Assembly: GCA_963711345.1 (NCBI GenBank)
Contig: CAVQDS010000002.1
Location: 717,869-781,868, forward strand
Direction: 5' to 3'
DNA length: 64,000 nt
DNA from: an uncultured Bacteroidota bacterium
Lineage (GTDB): Bacteria > Bacteroidota > Bacteroidia > Chitinophagales > Chitinophagaceae
Position 1 is the first letter of the stretch. Every line of letters starts with the position of its first letter. A program made the position numbers and the translations under genes. This document shows, one piece after another, positions 58,361 through 64,000 of the stretch. The notes below the pieces were generated by a model, which saw only the letters and a list, made by a program, of their open reading frames with translations, was not told where the DNA came from and made no database searches.

Positions 58361-58423
58361 GAACTGCAAAACGTCGAAATCCACTGGAAAAGCAGTACAG
58401 TACTTTTTGTTTCGGAAAGCAAC
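58361..58423 (+). repeat. Junction J14 (most degenerate): residual Box A + decayed core
   Basis: It reads gaactgcaaaacgtcgaaatccactggaaaagcagtacagtac followed by ttttgtttcggaaagcaac (58405-58423). Compare ..aaacccactggaatcgcgggacagtac + ttttgtatcgggaagtaac. Confidence 0.55.
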
Positions 58424-58531
58424 TGATCGGTTATATTACGCATTACCTTTAATTAAGGAATTTACAATTATTCATTCGCAACTTAAAGTCATAATTGACT
58501 CTTATAAAACAAAGCATTAAATTTTAAGATT

Positions 58532-59365
58532 ATGAGTGATAATACATCAGCAACAACCGGCCTGAAAGGCAAAAATGTTGGGAAACATATTACCGGCACA
58601 CGTGAAGAGTGGCTGGCTGCGCGTCTCGAACTTCTCAAGAAAGAGAAGGAGTTAACGCGTCGCAGTGATGAATTGGCGATGCAGCGTCAGCAGTTGCCCT
58701 GGGTACGGATTGAGAAGTCTTACCGGTTTGAGACGGATGAAGGAAGCGCTTCGCTGGCGAATCTATTCAAAGGGCGCTCACAGCTCCTGGTCTACCACTT
58801 CATGTTCGGCGCAGATTATAAGGCCGGGTGCCCCAACTGTTCGTCCATCGCAGACGGGTTCAATGGGAATGCCGTCCACCTGGAGAACCACGATGTCTCG
58901 TTTTACGCCATATCGCGGGCCCCACTGGAGAAATTACAGGCGTACAAACGACGGTTGGGGTGGACCTTTCCCTGGGCTTCTTCGCTCGGCGGTGACTTTA
59001 ACTCCGATCTTAACGTCTCGTTCAGCGAGGAACAACAGCGGGACGGGGGCATCGAGTATAATTATCAGCGTGAGCCTGCATGGAATGTGCAGGGCATCGG
59101 TGAAGCAATGACAAAGCATGGTGAAGATCCGGTGGCCCAAATTGCTGCTACAACCGGAACCGATGTGGCGACATTCACAAGGGAGCGGCCGGGTATGAGC
59201 GCGTTTGCGATGGAGGACGGCGTCGTATACCACACCTATTCTGCCTTTGCGCGCGGATTGGATGTCCTTTGGAGTGTATATCAATGGCTGGACCGGGCAC
59301 CGCTCGGGCGAAATGAAAAGACTGGTACCTGGTTTCGGCGCAATGACGAGTATAAAAAGGGCTGA
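58532..59365 (+). CDS. DUF899-family thioredoxin-like protein
   Basis: The motifs are EWLAARLELLKKEKELTR, LPWVRIEKSYRFETDEG..SLANLF, QLLVYHFMFG and GCPNCS. The gene is GC-rich. Confidence 0.8.
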   Translation: MSDNTSATTGLKGKNVGKHITGTREEWLAARLELLKKEKELTRRSDELAMQRQQLPWVRIEKSYRFETDEGSASLANLFKGRSQLLVYHFMFGADYKAGCPNCSSIADGFNGNAVHLENHDVSFYAISRAPLEKLQAYKRRLGWTFPWASSLGGDFNSDLNVSFSEEQQRDGGIEYNYQREPAWNVQGIGEAMTKHGEDPVAQIAATTGTDVATFTRERPGMSAFAMEDGVVYHTYSAFARGLDVLWSVYQWLDRAPLGRNEKTGTWFRRNDEYKKG

Positions 59366-59382
59366 AATAAGATATTAAACAT

Positions 59383-60156
59383 ATGGCTTTTGAAGGAACT
59401 TCCCGCCAAACCTTCTTTGCAGTATCGGCGCTGCTCTTTGCCGCCAGCGCGGCCGTAACGGTAGTCTGGAGTGCATCCATGTCAACTATGGGTGGCATGC
59501 CGATGCCCGGCGGATGGATAATGTCCATGACCTGGATGCCCGGGCAGGACTGGTTTGGCGCGGCGTTATCGTTTCTCGTGATGTGGATCGTGATGATGAT
59601 CGCAATGATGATGCCATCCCTGGTTCCCATGCTGCTGAGTTACCGCGAGGCCATCGGAACGGAACTTCATGTGGACTTACTCACCCTGCTGGTGGGAGCA
59701 GGATATTTCTTTGTGTGGACAGTTTTCGGAATAGCTGTTTTTCCGCTGGGTGTCGCACTGGCGACGGCAGCTATGCATTTACCCGCTTTGTCGCGCTCTG
59801 TTCCTCTCGCCATCGGTGTGGTCGTTCTTATTGCCGGCATGCTCCAGTTCACCGGGTGGAAAGGGAAACAACTGGACTGTTGCCGGCAGGCAGCCGGTTG
59901 TAGCAGTTCAATACCGGTCAGCTTGGGTGCGGCTTTGCTACAGGGGTTGCGTTTTGGTCTTCACTGCAGCCAATGCTGTTTCGGGTTAATAATTATTCTC
60001 CTTGTAATTGGTGTCATGGATCTCCGCATGATGGCCGTCGTGGCCGCTGCCATCACCGCCGAACGTCTCGCACCTGCCCGGATACCCGTTGCCCAAACCA
60101 CCGGTACTCTGGTCGCCGGAGTAGGGATATTTCTCATCGCCCGGGCAGTACTTTAA
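59383..60156 (+). CDS. DUF2182-family predicted metal-binding integral membrane protein
   Basis: It is a polytopic protein with a Met-rich N-terminal region (MSTMGGMPMPGGWIMSMTWMPG, MWIVMMIAMMMPS). It is GC-rich and follows the DUF899 gene. Confidence 0.65.
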   Translation: MAFEGTSRQTFFAVSALLFAASAAVTVVWSASMSTMGGMPMPGGWIMSMTWMPGQDWFGAALSFLVMWIVMMIAMMMPSLVPMLLSYREAIGTELHVDLLTLLVGAGYFFVWTVFGIAVFPLGVALATAAMHLPALSRSVPLAIGVVVLIAGMLQFTGWKGKQLDCCRQAAGCSSSIPVSLGAALLQGLRFGLHCSQCCFGLIIILLVIGVMDLRMMAVVAAAITAERLAPARIPVAQTTGTLVAGVGIFLIARAVL

Positions 60157-60367
60157 GTGGCTGGGTGGGGCGAATCGAATGTTTTACTTTAATTCCATGT
60201 TGATTAAGATACAGTACTTAGTAGCTATTTCTATGTGACCTTTCTTGGGGTTTTTTAGGTAATATTTGGTAAAAATTTGACCTTTATAATCCCCCTGTGA
60301 AGACAATTTATTCCTAGCACTCCAAAGTATCCATTTAAATCCTGGTGTAGTACATAAAATTATTTTT

Positions 60368-60805
60368 ATGAATATGCGAGGTAAAATTTCTGCATGGGAT
60401 GATAAATACCCTTTTTTGTTTGTCATTCTCAGAGTCATGCTCGGCCTGATACTTGCTATCCGGGGTATTTTTTTTCTGACTTCTATCCAGCCTTTATTTC
60501 ATTTAATTAAAAGCAGCAGCCTGAACGAGCTAAATATGAATATGACATTGGCATTGGTCATCAGCTGGGTTCATTTATTGGGTGGAACTTTTATCATATT
60601 AGGCTTGCTTACCAGAATATCTGCCTGGGCACAAATTCCCATTCTTATCGGAGCCATATTATTTATTAATTTAAACGGCGGTTTATCGCAAGGTTTTTCG
60701 GAGTTACTACTGTCCGTTTTTGTCTTGATACTGTCTGCATTATTTGCACTCGCCGGAGGCGGGAGAATATCGATGGATAATTACGCAAAAACCCATTTGC
60801 TTTAA
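60368..60805 (+). CDS. DoxX-family membrane protein
   Basis: It is 145 aa with four predicted TM helices and a DoxX-like pattern (FLFVILRVMLGLILAIRG.., GGTFIILGLLTRISA). Confidence 0.6.
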   Translation: MNMRGKISAWDDKYPFLFVILRVMLGLILAIRGIFFLTSIQPLFHLIKSSSLNELNMNMTLALVISWVHLLGGTFIILGLLTRISAWAQIPILIGAILFINLNGGLSQGFSELLLSVFVLILSALFALAGGGRISMDNYAKTHLL

Positions 60806-60924
60806 CAATTTATCAGTTGCTTATACCCATTTCACTCATCATTTGTCATTCTCAGAATTCAAAGTGATGTTTTAAAATGTTTATTTTTATAAGTTAAGTT
60901 TGTTGGCAACACCAAAAAGCCATC

Positions 60925-63915
60925 ATGAAAACAATTGTCGCTACTTTTTTATCAATCATTCTTATTTATACTGATAATTATGGACAAAAGCCTTCTTCCA
61001 CATCTTATACAAAAAGCAAATCGTTTTATACAAAACAATTGATGGATTCTGATGCGGTATATTTCACGCCGGGAAATTTCAACTTTAATGCGGATGGTTC
61101 AACGGATGTGTCTGATGTATTGCAACTCGCTATATACGATTTAAAAACAACGCACAACTTCGGAATACTTTTTTTGCCTGAAGGGAAATATCTTATCAGT
61201 AAAACCATTTACGTGCCTCAGGGCATTCGCATTATTGGTTATGGAACAAATCGTCCGTTGATTGTATTGAAGAAAAATTCTCCCGGCTTTCAACAATCGG
61301 ATTCTTCTGATAAAGGCAAAGCGAAATATATGTTTTGGTTTATTCACAATGTGCCTAAACCTGGTGAACAGGTCGGCGATGCTGGTGCAGGTACATTTTA
61401 CAGCGCTATGAGCAATATTGATTTGGAAATTGATGATGGCAATCCATATGCAGTTGCTTTGAGAGCACATTATGCGCAACATAGTTTTATTGCACATGTT
61501 GATATTCATATCAACAATGGGTTGGCTGGCATGTTTGATGTTGGCAATGAAATGGAAGATGTAAAATTCTTTGGCGGCTGCTACGGTATCTATACGACAA
61601 AGCCTTCGCCAGGTTGGCAATTCATGATGACTGATACCTATTTTGAAGGTCAGCGAAATGCGGCTATCAAAGCTCAGGAAGCAGGTTTAACTATTGTTCG
61701 ATTGCAGGCGAAACATGTTCCATCGGTAATTGAAATCAATCCAAATTATATTGAGAAGTTATTCATGGAAGATTGCCGTTTTGAAGATGTACAGGAACAG
61801 GCTGTTCTTGTTAGTCTTCCTGATAATGCGGGCAATCAAATCAGTTTAATTAATATTGATTGCATTCATGTGCCCGTACTTATAAATTATCGCAACAGCT
61901 CAAATAAAGTTGAAGGGAAAGGAACCACATACAAAGTGAAAGCATTCATGCAGGGCTTGCAAATGGATAGCCTGAATGCAGACCCGGTTATAAAAACGAT
62001 TTCCGATATTGAAGCATTAAAAACCTTGCCGGCGCCTGTTCAAAAAGATATTCCTGATTTTGCTTCCATTGACACATGGGTTAATTTAAAATCATTAGGT
62101 GCATTGGGTGATGGAACAACAGATGATACAAAAGCAATCCAGGATGCGATTGATAAATACGAAACCATTTATGTTCCGCAAGGCTGGTATCGTGTAAGCG
62201 AAACAATCAAACTAAAATCCAATACTGTTTTAATTGGTTTAACACCTGTCGGCACCCAATTTATGCTGGCTGATAACACGCCGGCATTCAGTGGGTTTGG
62301 TGCACCTAAGGCCTTGTTCGAAACTTCAAAGGGCGGCAACAACATAGTTACAGGGATCGGGCTTACGACAGGCTTTGCAAATTATCGTGCAGTTGCATGC
62401 AAATGGATGGCTGGTGAACATTCTTATATGAATGATGTGAAGTTTATTGGCGGACATGGAACGATGCAGTGGATATGGAAACATAAAAGTGAAACGAAAA
62501 ATATTTATGGCGATAATCTGGTAAATGGTTTTGATCCTTTATGGGCAACGCAATACTGGAGCTTATGGATTACAGATGGTGGCGGCGGAACATTTAAAGA
62601 TATATGGACGGCAAACACGTGGGCAAACAGCGGCGCGTATGTATCCAACACCTCAACACCAGGGCACATTTATGCAATGAGTGTTGAACATCATGTTCGT
62701 AATGAAATTCGTTTCAACAATGTTTCCAATTTTAAAGTGTATGCATTGCAGCTGGAGGAAGAAAGCCGTGAGAGTTCAGGATGTCAGCCTATGGAGTTGG
62801 AGAATTGTAAGAACATTGTGTTTGCAAACTTGTATATGTTTCGTGTGATAAGAGTCAATGTACCGTATCCTTATTCCATCCGCAATTGGGGTTCTGCAAA
62901 CATTGAATTTTTAAATGTGCATAACTACAGCCAGATAAAATACACAACCAGCAATACATTGTATGATGTGAACACAAATACAACAGTACGACCGTGGGAG
63001 TTTAATAGATTATACATTAATAATGCAACTTCAGTTGCACCTATAAATGATGATGCGTTGAATCAACTCGCGACAGGATTTGAATTTGCAGAAGGTATTT
63101 GTCGCGACAGCAAAAACAATATTTATCTCTGCGATTCAAGAATGAGGAGAATTTATAAATATGACGCAACGGTAAAGCAAACAATATTGTTCGCAGATTA
63201 CCCGTGGGAGCCCCTTTCGCTGGCTTGTGATAAGAATGATAATTTGCTTGTGGTGTTTAAGTATAATCCGCAAAAAGGTTTTATGGTGAATGGAAAGCAG
63301 GAAGTATTCACCAATCCGCCAGATGCATCCGGTACATCATTCAGTGGTTGGGGCAATTCAGGTTTTGCAAAAAGGGTTTATTCGGTTGATGCTTCCAATC
63401 CAGATGAAACAATTCATTTGCTTGATACTGTAAAAATGGGCAGCATTCAACATGTTTACAAAGCTTTATATCCGGGTCACCGCTGGAGAGATCATCATGA
63501 CTTTAATTCCATCACTATTGCCAAAGCGGAACAATGTTTTGTTGCACCGGATGGTGTTACCATCATACCAAAAGTATATGACCTCGCACGGGCAACTTGT
63601 TTGTCGGAGGCATTTCCAAACAAGCCTGCTTATGTTACCGACGAATATGATAAACGTACTGTAAAGTTGGATGTAGATACAGGAGGTTATGTTAACAATC
63701 TAAAATATTTTGCTGAAAAGGGTGAGTTTGGGACAGCTGAGGACAGCAAAGGAAATGTATACATCGCCGATGGTGAAATTTATGTATATGATGCGCAGGG
63801 AAAATTTATAAAGGAAATTAAAACACCTGAACGACCGACATCAATTGTTATCAGCAGTGATGATAAGATATTGTATATAACCAGTGCGGGTTCATTGGTT
63901 GGTATAAATCTGTAG
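60925..63915 (+). CDS. Secreted two-lobed beta-helix protein (pectate-lyase-superfamily/GH55-like) fused to an SMP-30/NHL-like beta-propeller
   Basis: It has two Pectate_lyase_3-type starts (DVSDVLQLAIYDL..LFLPEGKYLIS; GALGDGTTDDTKAIQDAIDKYETIYVPQGWYRVS). The C-terminal motifs (NIYLCDSRMRRIYKYD, GNVYIADGEIYVYD, KILYITSAGSL) are propeller-like. Confidence 0.6.
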   Translation: MKTIVATFLSIILIYTDNYGQKPSSTSYTKSKSFYTKQLMDSDAVYFTPGNFNFNADGSTDVSDVLQLAIYDLKTTHNFGILFLPEGKYLISKTIYVPQGIRIIGYGTNRPLIVLKKNSPGFQQSDSSDKGKAKYMFWFIHNVPKPGEQVGDAGAGTFYSAMSNIDLEIDDGNPYAVALRAHYAQHSFIAHVDIHINNGLAGMFDVGNEMEDVKFFGGCYGIYTTKPSPGWQFMMTDTYFEGQRNAAIKAQEAGLTIVRLQAKHVPSVIEINPNYIEKLFMEDCRFEDVQEQAVLVSLPDNAGNQISLINIDCIHVPVLINYRNSSNKVEGKGTTYKVKAFMQGLQMDSLNADPVIKTISDIEALKTLPAPVQKDIPDFASIDTWVNLKSLGALGDGTTDDTKAIQDAIDKYETIYVPQGWYRVSETIKLKSNTVLIGLTPVGTQFMLADNTPAFSGFGAPKALFETSKGGNNIVTGIGLTTGFANYRAVACKWMAGEHSYMNDVKFIGGHGTMQWIWKHKSETKNIYGDNLVNGFDPLWATQYWSLWITDGGGGTFKDIWTANTWANSGAYVSNTSTPGHIYAMSVEHHVRNEIRFNNVSNFKVYALQLEEESRESSGCQPMELENCKNIVFANLYMFRVIRVNVPYPYSIRNWGSANIEFLNVHNYSQIKYTTSNTLYDVNTNTTVRPWEFNRLYINNATSVAPINDDALNQLATGFEFAEGICRDSKNNIYLCDSRMRRIYKYDATVKQTILFADYPWEPLSLACDKNDNLLVVFKYNPQKGFMVNGKQEVFTNPPDASGTSFSGWGNSGFAKRVYSVDASNPDETIHLLDTVKMGSIQHVYKALYPGHRWRDHHDFNSITIAKAEQCFVAPDGVTIIPKVYDLARATCLSEAFPNKPAYVTDEYDKRTVKLDVDTGGYVNNLKYFAEKGEFGTAEDSKGNVYIADGEIYVYDAQGKFIKEIKTPERPTSIVISSDDKILYITSAGSLVGINL

Positions 63916-64000
63916 TGAAGTCCTTCCTGCTGGTGATACTTAGTAAAACACAGGAACATCTATGAAAGAACCTTTTGTGATCAAAACAGATCCCGGAGTG

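Noticed and set aside
58665-59903. Several long overlapping ORFs on both strands (58665-59111 +, 58934-59284 -, 59175-59630 -, 59514-59903 +).
   Set aside because: They lie inside the GC-rich DUF899/DUF2182 genes. Stop-codon depletion in GC-rich DNA produces such shadow ORFs. Their translations are Arg/Pro/Gly-rich low-complexity sequence.
13820-64000. A search for an integrase or recombinase gene (tyrosine or serine type) that could serve the cassette array.
   Set aside because: None of the listed ORFs shows R..HxxR..Y or serine-recombinase motifs. The only DNA-mobility enzymes present are the two IS3 DDE transposases, whose termini are unrelated to the junction repeats. The recombinase, if any, must lie outside the window.

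Overview
This is a Bacteroidota-type chromosome segment, judged from a T9SS type-B sorting domain, an exbB-exbD-exbD-tonB cluster and an NDH-1 operon layout. GC is about 40% by eye.

The left 13.8 kb is housekeeping: the distal NDH-1 genes nuoH-I-J-K-L-M-N, a MacB/FtsX-type ABC permease, exbB-exbD-exbD-tonB and mnmE.

From the mnmE stop codon to at least 58.4 kb the window is accessory DNA with an unusual organisation. About 14 gene cassettes of 1-7 kb are separated by a modular junction repeat. The core of that repeat is a copy of the last 19 nt of mnmE (TTTTGTATCGGGAAGTAAC, encoding FCIGK-stop). Each downstream core has a conserved Box A hairpin on its left. On its right it has one of three arm types, most of them ending in Box B (CTAATCTGTTACTAAATCC), Box C and a tandem array of 10-bp ATGATACNNT units. 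This is the footprint expected from serial site-specific insertion at the mnmE 3' end, that is, an integron-like array. No tyrosine or serine recombinase gene is visible in the window.

Cargo is mostly co-oriented with mnmE. It includes:
- secreted or lipoprotein genes of unknown function
- a 5'-truncated Rhs toxin module with a putative immunity gene
- a T9SS surface protein and a GH89 alpha-N-acetylglucosaminidase
- three amidohydrolase paralogues, an S9 peptidase and an MBL hydrolase
- several regulators (AraC, MarR, Crp, LytS/LytTR, a membrane-anchored wHTH)
- a conspicuously GC-rich DUF899/DUF2182 pair

Two IS3-family elements sit inside the array.

The housekeeping part carries unusual intergenic hairpins built from 7-8 nt periodic repeats.

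Several conserved genes (nuoN, the ABC permease, both exbD genes, an amidohydrolase) are broken by frameshifts, several of them at short A-runs. Indel-type sequence error is therefore a serious caveat for all pseudogene calls.

I could not recognise any rRNA, tRNA or CRISPR array.
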